In this document: positions 11,901 through 23,895 of the stretch, one piece after another
How the letters are laid out: each line of letters starts with the position of its first letter
How positions within the stretch are numbered: position 1 is the stretch's first letter
Origin: Camelus dromedarius
Lineage: Eukaryota
Direction: 5' to 3'
Assembly: GCF_036321535.1 (NCBI RefSeq)
Contig: NC_087437.1
Coordinates: 9,426,001-9,490,000, forward strand
DNA: 64,000 nucleotides
The notes under the pieces: generated by a model
The model's input: only the letters and a program-made list of their open reading frames with translations
What the model was told of the DNA's origin: nothing
Database searches by the model: none
Made by a program: the position numbers and the translations under genes

Positions 11901-13717
11901 TGCCTTTCAAAGAGTACAGTTTCATCTGAAGTAAGACATCACATTTCAATGCGTGCTATTAAAAACTTGCATTACACAGTGAAACTAATTGCCCTCTGAA
12001 TCACCCTGCTTTACCAGACTAGCAAGCAGTGAATAACTTGAGCTAGCCGAGGGAACATTTCTCCAACAGCCACAGGAAGATCTGGTCCAGCATGGATGGC
12101 CTCTAACCAGTACTTTCAGACTTCGCCACTGCTCTGGGTAACACTCCCTACTGACCACAATGACATTAGGCATTGTTGCAAGAGGCCGAAAACTTAAGCT
12201 AAAATTACAATCTCACTTCGCATCCCTCAAATATCATTACAGAGGCCGAAATTTTAGTTTGTCCAAAAGATATATCATCTTTATATAAGCTTTTGCATGC
12301 ATCAAAGACAGATTCACCATAATCACTTGTTATTTTATTCATCGCCAATAAATCCGCTTACCACCTCTATCACTACCCTCCCTGCTCTGAAGGAGGTTTT
12401 GTTTAACTCTGGATTCTGCTTGAATTTGGCTCTGAAATGAGGATCCTTTCTTTCAAATCAATTTGAGTTATTTTTAAGACTTCTTTTCTAATATGGCACA
12501 AATTAGAGGGAAATCAAAACTGCTGTCAAGACAACTAAAAGCATTCAGCTTTTGCAACGGGGGTTCCTTCCCATACTTTTGCAAATGTTCCAAAGTCTCC
12601 AGAAAACAAAACAAAGCAAATAGTACACACGGAAATAAATGCCCCAGAAACCAATTCTGCCTCGCTGCAAGTTTATCTTAATGCCTCTTTAATCTGAAAA
12701 ATGACTAGCTTTCATATTGAAAGCAAGCCCACTCATCACCCAGAGCATCTGCATGTTGGAATGCTTCCTAGCCCCTCTCCGGTTGCTCTCAAAAACCTTT
12801 TAATATCAGATAGATGCTCTCAGGTGATGAGGCCTGATGGACCTTAGAGGAGGAGAGCATAACTTCAGGGAGGAAGAAAGATTATTCAGTCCTAATCCTT
12901 GGTTTCCTATTTAGTGAAGGGTTTTGCCTCCTCCCCTAGTAAGTTGCAGCGTTCCAGTGTGAAAGCACAGCTCCCAGCCCACTTACAGTGCTCCACGGAT
13001 AGCCCAGATCTAAGCCTCAGCATGTTCTCTGGAAATGCAGGCAGCTCAGCAGAAAACCTGAGAGGTTTCCACCCTGGCATACAACTAAACTGCACCAATG
13101 TTTAGCAGCTCCAAGACCTAAAAAGGGCTTAAAATAATATGCATTTTGGGATAGGCTGCTCTAGCTAGCCAGGAAAACTGGGATGGTGTGGAGGGGTGCT
13201 CTCAGTTGCTCGACCACTGCACGCCAAAGAATGTTTTCCCTTTCTGTCTCAGAATTAGGGGCAAACCAAAATGCTTAATGAAGCATCAATGTTGACTAAG
13301 CTTCCACAGAATCGGGAGCACAGAACTTTGTTTTACATTCCATTTAAGTTAGCCCATGACTTCCCACGCCGCACCATTTCTCCGTCCTCACCTAGCTTAA
13401 AAAAAAAAACAAAAAACAAACAAACAAACAAAAAACCCCAACTTCATGCAGACAAATCAAGGCAAAGTTTAGCCACCCCCTCCACCCCGTCTCTTCCCTT
13501 TTCCAACTTAAAACTCGTCTACGACCCATCAACAGCCCCAAATGTAGCACAAAGGAAGCTTTGAGGGCTGCACCGGCTCGATCCTCCAGTTGCCGGCTGG
13601 AGGGAGGTAGGTTTCATGTAATCTATTGTAGAGGCTTTTAAGATTTGCTAAAAGGCTCGTCTGCACCGATGAAGCGCCGGGCACCCCCCGAATTACATCA
13701 TCAGAGTTAACACTCAC

Positions 13718-13739
13718 CAAAATACATTATGTTTCTCAT
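13718..13739 (-). CDS. ZNF385D: First coding exon (22 nt) of zinc finger protein 385D, MRNIMYF+G(phase 1); rest of gene lies beyond window position 1
   Basis: Minus strand reads ATG AGA AAC ATA ATG TAT TTT G|GTGAGT. The peptide matches the recalled N-terminus of mammalian ZNF385D (MRNIMYFGGTCQSP...). Consensus donor GTGAGT at 13717-13712; lies within a CpG island. Confidence 0.9.
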
Positions 13740-13822
13740 TAATCAGACAGCTGGAACCCCACCGCGGCGTCTTCGGCATCAGCTCGCACCCCGGGCTGAC
13801 ACGCAGAGCAAAGCCGTTTCAT
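13739..13822 (-). other. 27-aa upstream ORF (MKRLCSACQPGVRADAEDAAVGFQLSD) whose TAA overlaps the main ATG (TAATG)
   Basis: Read directly from the sequence; translation not demonstrated. Confidence 0.6.
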
Positions 13823-14047
13823 GCTACATTCGGTGGGAAGGTCCCCGGCGGAGAGCAGCGGGCGCCGAGCGTGCCTCCTCCGCCGGATGAGCGCCTCGCG
13901 GGCTGCCTCTCCCGGGCTACGATCCCCGGCGGCTGGAGCGTGCGCTCGGGCTGCCTGCTGCACTGCCCATCCTTACTGTAATCCGACTCCTCCTTGCGAT
14001 GTCCTTGCCGCGCCTGTGACATCAGGACTGCGAGTACTACAAACAGA

Positions 14048-14085
14048 CCCCCCCACTCCACCCCACCCCACCCCACCCCACCCCC
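14048..14085 (-). repeat. (CCCCA)n / (TGGGG)n G-quadruplex-forming repeat
   Basis: Seven C-runs, mostly C4 or longer, separated by single bases. Confidence 0.8.
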
Positions 14086-16954
14086 GGTTCGCCGCGGCTC
14101 CGGGAGGTGCTCCGATTGCCTGCATGGACCAACCATGGTTCTCGGGAAGCGCTGATGAGCCCAGAGACCTGGGAGGGGGCGGGGTGAGGGGCGCGGGAGG
14201 CTCTCTTAAAGAGAGAAGGGTCCGGATCCACCTAGGCGCGCGCGGGGGAAATTCACCGGGGTGCGGGAGGGAGGGAGGGGAGGGGAGGGGACGGGGTGAA
14301 GGCGAGTTCTGCCATTACCGTGTAATTAGACACACTTCTATCCCGCCCCTCCCACGAATGTCATCATCCTCGCCCAAACTGAGCCTCCCCTCCCAAGTTT
14401 ACATGGCAGTGGGAAAAGGAATGGTAATGGTGCCTCGTGCCTGCATTCTTTTTGCTGTGGGCCTGAGGGTTTGTTGGTTGTGATCTTTATTCCTAAGAGG
14501 AATAAAAGACTCAAGGGACCCTTGCTAAGGTAATAGAGGTTTTCACTTAGAAGTGATCAGATCACAGAAACTCAGCAGTGGGTAAAGAGTTGTTTTTATT
14601 TCTTGAGTGTTTTCTGAGCTAGATTGATAGAGAAATGTAAAGAAAAATAACTGGTGATAAAAGTGACCTCCACGTTCACAAGATCCCATTTGCTGCCTCC
14701 CTAGAAGGTAGCAGAAAGGACACTGAGGCTGAAATGACCCCTAAAGAGGAGAGAGATTCTGGCCTGAAAGATAACAAGATTCCGTCCTCATTCAAGGCTG
14801 GTCACCAGTATAATATAGACACACACACGCACAAGCACTCCCATTAAATTTGAGATGAACAGTCAAGGAAGGCAAAGCTTAGCAAAGCCTCTGGCTCCTC
14901 CAATGGTCTAATGAATTGCAGCCCTTATATCTTACATAGAAAAGGATGTTAGAAAGAAATCCCTGAAAGCTACACTGATTAATACTTAAACGCCCAGCGT
15001 GGAAAATAAACCCACAGAGCAAGTTCAGTTTTCCAAGGACTCATCACTTTGGGACCCAACTTACCTACTGGACCATTTAAATGTAAAAATTTCTTTAAAA
15101 ACCTATAAAACTAAGAACTAAAGATAAAGAATTGTAATCAATGGAAGAAAGCAATGGATATATTTTCAATATGAGTTTTTATAGGCTATGGTAACAAATA
15201 TTTCCACATTGTGATATTAAAATATTCCATGGTCTTTTCTTGCAGAATTCTGTATCTTTTGGTGGATTGAATGCATCTGGGAACTAGACTCTGCTGCTCC
15301 TAACAGTTTGCTGTGCAATCTTAGCAAAAAAAAAGCTTAACCCTACATTTCCTCTCTGAGAAAAAGCTCTATAGTCAATATCCTCTCTCACAACGGATTA
15401 TATAGAATTTGGTGAATGCGGATAGATAACCATATATAAAATAGAAACGTTACAGTGAGTCTTAGGACACATCTGGTGATGCTCTTTTAGAAATATTCTT
15501 CCTTTAAAGCAACTGGAAGGAAGAAAACTCTAATAGTAAAGAATATTTACTTTTTTACTCCTATTTTAAAATTCAAAATACAAAGAACGTTACAGGAAAA
15601 TCCTGAAGAAAACACATAAGTGTTTTTCCTTTTGGACAGATGGACACCATCCAAAAGTACAATTAATGGCCCTTCCCTCAGGCAAAAGAACCATCTGGTG
15701 AGAGCTTATTCATGAAGCTGTCTTGACGGCGGACATGGGCTAGGGGGCACTGTAGTTCAATATTAGAGTTTTTGGTCCTTTCGACTTCCTGTAGTTAGAA
15801 GATGTAAGCACTGAGTTGAATTTAAAACAGGAGATTTAAGACACTAAAGGACTGTCTTAATAATTAATAACACCCTTGAATTTGCTTGGCATTTTGCAGT
15901 CACAAGGTCTCTTCACTTATGTCATCTTTCTTACTCTCTAACACACTGAGATACAGAAAGATGCTCAGAGGCATTAGGCAACTTTCTCGGTGACGTCAGG
16001 AAATCTCAGTAAAGAACAACTGTCTTAACACTGACTTATATGTTGAATTTACCTTAAAGTCCCCAGCAGAGTTCTTTCTTTGAAGATATGCATGATAAAT
16101 ATCCTATTTATAATGGTTCAGGTAAAGGTCTTCCCCAATCAAATTATATCACTGCATGTTCCAGGAAAAGAAAAGAAAATATATATATATATATATAGTC
16201 AGGAATATACAGGCAGAGAGCATTTGGTAATAGAACATTCCAATCGGACTATGCCTGAAACAGCAGCGTGTAGCTTCTGAAAGAAGAGGCGGACCAAGGA
16301 GCAACTGAGTGTTACATTCACACAATGGAATTCTGTTCTACCGAAAAAAGGACGGGGTCTGCTTTATTTAAACGTGTATGCCCCTCCCACCTCCAATTCA
16401 GGGTTATCTGGAATGTCAAGACCTCAGATACAACAGTTGCTTATTTCTGGACAGAAAACAAGGGATTTTTATTTTAGTTTGACACGTATTATTGTTTCTT
16501 CTAAAATTACTTTAGTTGTATATAAGATATTTTTCAAGGAAAAAAATGCGACTATTTTTATTTTGAAACAAAGTGACATCCAAATAAAGGCACAGCTGAT
16601 GTTGGCTAGACATGGAGTTGTAGACATGCCAGCCGTGCCTGAGAGCTGCTGCCATATGTCACCTCTAGGAGTGGACCCAGCAGTTTCCAGGGAAGGACCT
16701 GGTTCACCCCCTGACTTTTATCTGTCTCTCAGAAGGTCTGAGAAGCTGAGAGATTCTAACGAGGAATCAGGCCACTGCTTGCCAGATAGAAATATACCTT
16801 TCCCTCGTCAAACAAAGGATGCCCTAAAACCAGTAAAGCACTTGGAGTGAAAACATTATGGTAAGATGCAAATTGTTTCTCTGCTCAAAAGTCCGGAGAG
16901 CTGCCTGCCTGGAACCCTGTCTGCTTCAAGTGTCACTCAAAAGTTAATTAGAGT

Positions 16955-17240
16955 GTATCACTCATATGTGGAATCTAAAAAAAAAATAAAAAAGGAAAGA
17001 AAGAAAAAAGAAGACACTAATGAACTCATCTACAAACCAGAAATAAACTCACAGACATAGTAAAAAAAAATCTGATGGTAATGGGGAGAAAGGGGGTGGG
17101 AAGGGATAAATTTGGGAGTTTGAGATTTGCAAATGATAACCACTATGTATAAAAATAGATGAAAAACAAATTTATTCTATAGCTCAGGGAACTATGTTCA
17201 ATATCTTGTAATAACCTTTAATGAAAATGAAAAAAAAAAA
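16955..17240 (+). mobile_element. Young L1 3' UTR fragment ending early in an A tract
   Basis: tcactcatatgtggaatctaaaaaa...gggataaatttgggagtttgagatttgc. TSD agagt(g/t)tatca at 16950-16960 and 17241-17251. Confidence 0.85.
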
Positions 17241-17299
17241 AGAGTTTATCAGTATAGTCATTCTCGCTTTCCCTTCTCACAGTTGCAGACTGCCTTTGT

Positions 17300-17530
17300 C
17301 CCTCCCCTGGCTTTTCCTAACCCCCTTCCCTCCCCTCTTAGTCTCTGTAGCTGTCATCACCATCTGACCCATTACCGTGAACATCTGTTTATTTTGCTCT
17401 CTCTTCACCGGAGTAGAATCTGCAGGAGGGCAGAGATTTTCGTTGCTGTTCACTGTTGTCGCCACCATCCTTCCGAGGGTATCTGACACTGGTTGCAACT
17501 CAATAAATATCTCTGAATGAATGAATGTCT
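17300..17530 (+). mobile_element. L2 3' end
   Basis: gagggcagagattttcgttgctgttcactg...ctcaataaatatctctgaatgaatgaatg. Confidence 0.8.
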
Positions 17531-17839
17531 GAATGAACAGAACTGAGTACAACCGTACTGTGTGTAAAACATCACACTTTTCCATGTGCCTGCCGTCCAT
17601 TCTTTGAGGTGGATGGTGTTTTATGCAAAGTGTTTACGCAGATAGAACGTGGCCATGCTTCGCAGCAGCTGTTCGTAAATTCCACGCAGCACAGATGCCA
17701 GGTAGTACTTGCAGACCGCAGTCGGAGAGCCTGCTTAGCCTCGCGTTCTCAGAGCTGAAAGCAGCAGGGATCCAGCCCTAACTCTGCACAGCCCGTTTGT
17801 GTCTTCCATGCCTTCCTCTGAGCCTCAGTCCATTTTCAT

Positions 17840-18405
17840 CTCTTACTTACATCCCCTCGATAAAATCGTATCTGATGTTCCTGCCTCCAGGCTTGCCTGA
17901 GTCCAACCCATTCTCCATATTAGAGCCATTATTATCTTTTTAAGAGTCATTCGAGTCGTTCCCTTGGTTAATACTCTCCGTTGTCTCTCTGTGTCACCTG
18001 CCAGGGCGTGCAGGGCTCTTCACAACTAGAGCCCGGATCACACCTCAATTTATGAAAGTTTTATCCCTCACAAGTTCACTCCGGTCCAGCTGCAGACCCA
18101 CAGTCCCCCTAAAGATGATATTCCTCTCACCTGCTCTCTTTAGCTGGGCGGTTCCTGTTCAAACTTTGGGTCTCTCTGTTCAAGCATTATTTCTGCTGAG
18201 GACACTTTCCTAACCTCAAGACTGAATGAGATAGTGCTCTCATTTTTTTTTTTTTCATATAGCATATGGTCTAATTCCTACTCAAGCACTAAAACATAGT
18301 GTGCAAATTTCCCTTCACTTGTCTCTCCCAAATGAAAGAGGATGCTCTTTTTAAATTCTGTCTTCATGACTTAATACAAATCGGTATTTAATGAATGAAT
18401 GAAGG
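17840..18405 (+). mobile_element. L2 fragment
   Basis: Pyrimidine-rich L2-like body ending aatgaatgaatgaa. Confidence 0.55.
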
Positions 18406-18777
18406 GATCAGAACCTGATCACTCTGCACCTGGGCCAGAATTCCGTAGGCTATAGTGGAGTAAAGATGTTGTGGGATGCCTTAAAACTTCAAAGGTACCC
18501 CTTCTGGACACTCGGATGGACGATAGATGTACCTGTTGCTCAAATTCAGAAGCTGCTGAAAGAAATCAAGGAAAGCAACCCACAACTGACTACTGATAGT
18601 GATTCTCAAGATCCAAAAAAATAACAGACCTTCTTCATATGACTTCATTTTCGGAATCCCCAGGAGTGATTCATTCTCCAATGAAGTCATGGATTGTCAA
18701 GGTGATGGTGGACGTCCTTCTCTCAGTGATGTTAGCTGTTGGGCCAGCTGTTATTTTAGCCGTGGTTGTGACTCTGG

Positions 18778-18825
18778 CTTACATAAAACATACACATGTC
18801 ACTTACATAAGACATACACATGTCA
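18778..18825. repeat. 24-bp tandem duplication (cttacataa(a/g)acatacacatgtca x2)
   Basis: Seen directly; one mismatch. Confidence 0.9.
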
Positions 18826-18899
18826 CAACCCTGTTGTGGATGAAATGTCTATATCTCAGATATATACCAAGAAAAATAAAGGTGAAAGCACTCATGAAA

Positions 18900-19790
18900 A
18901 AAAAATGAATCTGTTCATTCATCTCATATTTATTAAATAAATTTAGTATCTTTTGAATACTTTGCACCATGCATTTTGCTAGGTGCTGTCTCAGAGAGTT
19001 CGGAGGGCAATGGGGGACATGCCAGAGGGTTACCAGGAAAAGCAAGAGGGCCAGTGTGCTAGAACATAGTAAGTATTGGGAGTGAAGAAATAGTTGAAGT
19101 CAAATAGGTCACAAGGAGCTTAATACAGTAGGACTTTAACAGGTCATATCATAAGGATTTAGACTTTTATTCTGTCTTATGTAGAATGCTTTTGGAGTTA
19201 ACATAACACATCCACTAGGGCTAATGCCTGGAGAATGGATAAAAAGGGACCAAAAGAAAATGCAAGGTGACCATCTAGGAAGCCTTTGTAGTAATCTAGG
19301 AAAGAGATGGTGGCTTGGACCAGGGTGGGAGCAGCGGAGATGGAAAATGTGGTTGGAGCTTATAAAGATGACAAAATGAGCCAATAGGATTTCTTGATGT
19401 GTTGGGTAAGTGATAGAAGAGAGAGAGGAAAAAAAGAATAGATTACTGGAAATCTGGGGACCTAACAATTGGAAGATGGAATTTCCCCTAAGTGATGAGG
19501 AGAAGACTGTGGAAGAACATATCTGGGTCGGGGTTAGGAGGTAGCCAATTGGGACCATATTTAGTCTGAGATTCCTGTGTATTCTAGTGGAAATGTTCCA
19601 TAGCAGTTTGGTTATGAGTCTGGAGTTCAGGGGAGACACTTGAACATCATATTTGAAGTCATCCTTTTATGGATGGTAATTAAACCCACGAGACCAGATG
19701 ATACCTTCAAGGGAATATACATAGAAAAGAAAAATAAGGTCAACCCTGAGCCCTGGGACAAGTGCAAGAGACCAAGGATGTGAGTATCTG
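18900..19790 (-). mobile_element. L2 (antisense, ~0.9 kb)
   Basis: gagatggtggcttggaccagggtgg...ggagttcaggggaga typical antisense L2 body. Confidence 0.75.
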
Positions 19791-22700
19791 GTGGGTGAGT
19801 ATTTGATGAAAGCACAACAGCCTGGTGAATGAATATTGGGTGACATATGGATGGCATTTGATGGAAGAACATTTATTTTAAGCCTGAGTTTGTCTCCATT
19901 TAGTATACCACAACCCAATGCCAAAAGTGTTTGAAAAGTGGAGAAGTAAGTAATTTGTCTATAGGAGAACAAATTACTTGTTCACCTGATATGTGCAGTG
20001 TTTTGATCAGAATTTTTAGATTGTGTAGACACAACTACAAACTCATAAGTCATTTTTATTCCTAGATTCCCACTTGATGCTTCCAATGAAATGAAATGCC
20101 TAGGGACCGTAATCTGGAAAATTAATTGCTTAGAAGAAAAGAAATGATAATATTGTGATAAGAATGAAAATCCTATAAATCCTATAAGACTCCCAAATTC
20201 TACCTGTCTGAGTTTCCCTGACTTTGGAGGCATCTAATAATTCCTTTCTGTATGTGGTCAGTTAACAGGGGCTTTTCCACAAGGTTTACTAACTGGCATT
20301 GAGGACCCTCTTAGAATTCTTACCTTGGCGTTGACTATGGCCTAAGCATGTTTATTCATTAAAAAAATAGCTCTCAAATACTCATCTGTCAGGCATTTTT
20401 CTAGGTCCTGAAGGCATACTGATGAAATTACAGAAATCTCTGTCTCCATGGTGCTGACCTCCTTGGGGTTTCCATAGTGTGACTTATCCAGTAGTATTTG
20501 GAACCTTTTCCACCTTTGTCTCATGCCGAGGAAAAAACTTAAAATGTCCTTCCCCTCATTCATTCATTGGTTGGAGTTGATTGCTTCTTTACCCCTAGGA
20601 GAACAGATGTAAAGGTGAACAGGGCATATCTACCATGTTCATGCTGTATCCAGTGCCTCAAAAATTGTCTACATAATGGGCAGCATGAGATAAATATCTG
20701 TTTTTATTGCATGTATTATTTATTAGAGTGAATAAATATCTCAAAAGTCTTCTACCTGACGCTCTGTCCTGATTCTGCTGAGACTGTGGTTATATTCTAC
20801 CAGGACTGCCCTCTTCTGTTTCCCTGTATTTGTCTAGATAGTTGTATTCACCATCCAAACCTGCTCAGATACTTTGTTTTCTACGAAGTCTTCCCTGGGC
20901 TTATGTCTGACTCATGCGTTCCCCAAATGAGCTCCCAAACATTGTTTATTATAGTATTTATCACATTCCATCTCAATAATATGCCCAGTTATCAATATTC
21001 CCCAAATAGAACGAAGGCTCTTTGGAGTCAAGGAAAAAAATCAATAAATAGTAATTCCTTGAGTTTTTTAACATACGTCGGAATATAGAAGAAATGCATG
21101 CCAAGGGCGTGGTATTTTGGGTTAATGATTGGAGTGTACCACTAACACCAGATGTTGTCCATGACTTAGGAAGCAGCTACCTTTGCTATGGTTGGAGACA
21201 AGTATCAGAATTACATGGACAAGGAGGAGACATCAAAAGCAATCTTAGGGTGGAGAGAGAATCCCAAAGCCCGGAGGAAGGGCCAACCAGGAACCAGAGG
21301 GCAGATCAACCATTAGGCAAAAGACAAATCAGAAATTCTGTGGGTGGAGCAGGTCAGGAAACCATTGTAGGAGCCAAGTATTACCAGAGTCCAGAAGAGT
21401 GTTTAGGCAGAGAAGGATCCAGGGAAAGTTAATCAACCCCCAGCTGCTCTTACAGGTGCCTTTTATTAGTGCGTTTGCCCTGACGGATTGATGGTCCTGA
21501 CTCCCTTATAACGGAAGCATCACAAGATCCCTTTCTGAAGGCTCTCCGATTAGCTCCCTGTCATGCCTCCTTTCCCTTTTCTTTTTTCTCTCCAAAGCCC
21601 TTCTGGAACACGTTTATATTTTTATCTAGGTCAACTGGCCACTTGCTTTCTATTTATGTAGATATTTTCTCCAAAAATCAATGGACTTCACATCAAAAGT
21701 TTGGTGGTCCCAGACCACCTAGTTTGGTGCCACACTCATAGGAAGTCAAATTATTGTAACTATTCCCACCACTGGCAATAAAAAAAGTAATGAAGATCCT
21801 ATATCACAAGGCACTGAACTCAAATATTTAAGCTACCATTCTGCTCCTCAAAGTACTCGGGGTCTTATTTAAGGAGATGAAGCATACATACGAAAAATAA
21901 CTAAAAACAAAAGGAATATGAAATAAACAACAAATGAATAATCTAGGTCATGCTATGTAAGGGTTTGGTAAAACATAAAATTAGGATGGTTTTGAGGTAA
22001 ACCTGGGAAGCTTCAGGGAAGAGCTGTACTGAAGCTCAATCTTTGTTATTGGTTCAGATTGAAAAAATGCACGAAAAGTTGGCAAATGACATAAAGCAAG
22101 GGGTGGGTATGCCTGGGAGACAAAGAACAGATAAGGGTATTCAAGAGCAAGTTTCATGAAAGATTTTCATGCTACGTGAAGTTGGAGAGGAAAACACAGA
22201 GGCCATACTGGATGGGAGCTCACATCCCAGATTAAAGGTTTTGAATTTTATTTGACATGAGACACAGGAAGTGTTTGCTGAATGAATATATGAATGAACC
22301 TCAAAGAGTTTCCAAGGACAGAAACGTAATAATATGCCTCCAAAGATATTTGGGGACACAATACCATGAGTTAATGCATCTTGTGTAGCAGGTTGAAAGA
22401 TCTTCTACACTCCAGAGGTTTTCAATTTTTCTTAAAATAAAATGCATTTATGGTTCCTGGGCAGCAATTTGAGAATCAGCCCTCCCTCCAACTCAGCCCC
22501 ACAGCAAATGTGCTTGCAAACCAAATGGAAGAAGAAAACAACATCATATTGAATTTCTTCTTTTGCTTTAAAAAAAAAAAGATCTTTCAAGATAAATTGA
22601 GTACAGCTGTAGTAAATTTGGCAGCTTTAGGTCATGGACGTTCCATTTTTATATACACTCTGATAATAACCATGAAGAGTGAGCAGAAAGAGAGTGCAGT

Positions 22701-23231
22701 GTGCCCCGACGTTGCAAGAATTCACAAAGTAATTGGAAGTGTTTCCAAGTGTGCATAATTCTGTGCCTCCAGTCAAATACAGTAGATGGAAATTTGTTTG
22801 GTTTCCTCTGTCAAAACGTCTACAACACATAAAGAGAATGTGTAACAAAGGGCAAACAAAATCTTACAGTTGCAACATTCTTTTAATTATATTGCAATTT
22901 CGATCTTGGCTTTGTTCAAACCTAATAATAATTCTAAGGGCTCATCTCTGATCCTTTTGGTGGATAAAATGACGGACTGTGATTTTCACCCTTGACTCAA
23001 AAGTGTCAGTTCTGGAAATCTACAGTATTTGTCACCATGAATACCAGTTAACTGCAGCAGTACCCAAAGGAACTCTCACAGCCACACGTGAATATGACTG
23101 GAGGAACTTAATTAATCTTGCTGTCACTTCCATGATGCTTTTCATTAATTTTGCTGCTATCTGATCAACTGCCTTCTCCGTATTGGAAATGGCTACCCAG
23201 CGCCTCTTGGAAAAGCATTTTCAAAACGCTT

Positions 23232-23272
23232 TCAAAAGGTAAACAAAGAGTCAAAATGTAAACAAAGAGTCA
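23232..23272. repeat. 19-bp tandem duplication (tcaaaa(g/t)gtaaacaaagag x2)
   Basis: Seen directly. Confidence 0.9.
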
Positions 23273-23895
23273 CCTTTGTGGTAGGGAGCTGAACGTGACT
23301 GCAACAACTCTAATACGGAGGGAACCCTCATATGTCACATGTCAGATGAGAAATTCACAGCAAACATAAATACTTACTCTGTCGCGCACTGAGAAACTGC
23401 TTTAAAATCTACACACAGAATGTGCACTTGAAATAAAAGGTCATGTTTTTCTTTACATTCTTTTCATGAATAGTGATGCTTCATGCATTACCATGAACTG
23501 TACTAACTACATATAGACTATCATTCACAAGAAATCTAGACTATTTCACTGACTAATGGTAAGGAGATTAGATGAAAGCTGGATATAACTGACAGTATAA
23601 AAGTGAGTGCTGATTCATTGATTATATTGGCCTCAATGAGACTCTCTGTGAGTCACATTTTTGAAAGATTGCTTTGATATATGTAAATTTTAGGTTTAAT
23701 TTTACTTACATGTATTTTTGTGTGATTTTTAAAATGCTGATCATAGTTTAATTTACTAAAAAATTGGAATGATTTTATAAAACATCACCACGTTTTGACC
23801 ATATGAAGGCAACTCACACCAGTGGGATGACCATGCAGAACTGAAAAAGGAAGTCACCAAGAGGAAACACCAGTAATGTGGCCTCTTGCTTCAGG

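Larger units (their letters stand above)
1..13717 (-). other. ZNF385D: Intron following the ZNF385D first coding exon (continues past window start)
   Basis: Downstream of the GTGAGT donor. No GTCQSPALP-encoding exon appears in any ORF in the track. Confidence 0.8.
13570..14350 (-). promoter_or_regulatory. ZNF385D: CpG island / promoter and 5' UTR of ZNF385D
   Basis: Only strongly GC- and CpG-dense block in the window. GC box GGGGGCGGGG at 14175-14184, TGACATCA at 14017-14024; abuts the coding exon. Exact TSS not determinable. Confidence 0.85.

Noticed and set aside
13821..14483. 220-aa plus-strand ORF across the CpG island
   Set aside because: Low-complexity Arg/Gly/Pro/Ala translation of GC-rich promoter DNA and G/C runs, antisense to ZNF385D; no recognisable domain.
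18639..18908. Small membrane-protein ORF
   Set aside because: One hydrophobic stretch only; includes a tandem duplication and runs into an L2; no promoter or splice support.
21150..21510. Possible ancient LTR (also 28640-29100)
   Set aside because: LTR-like composition, but I cannot assign family or ends with confidence.
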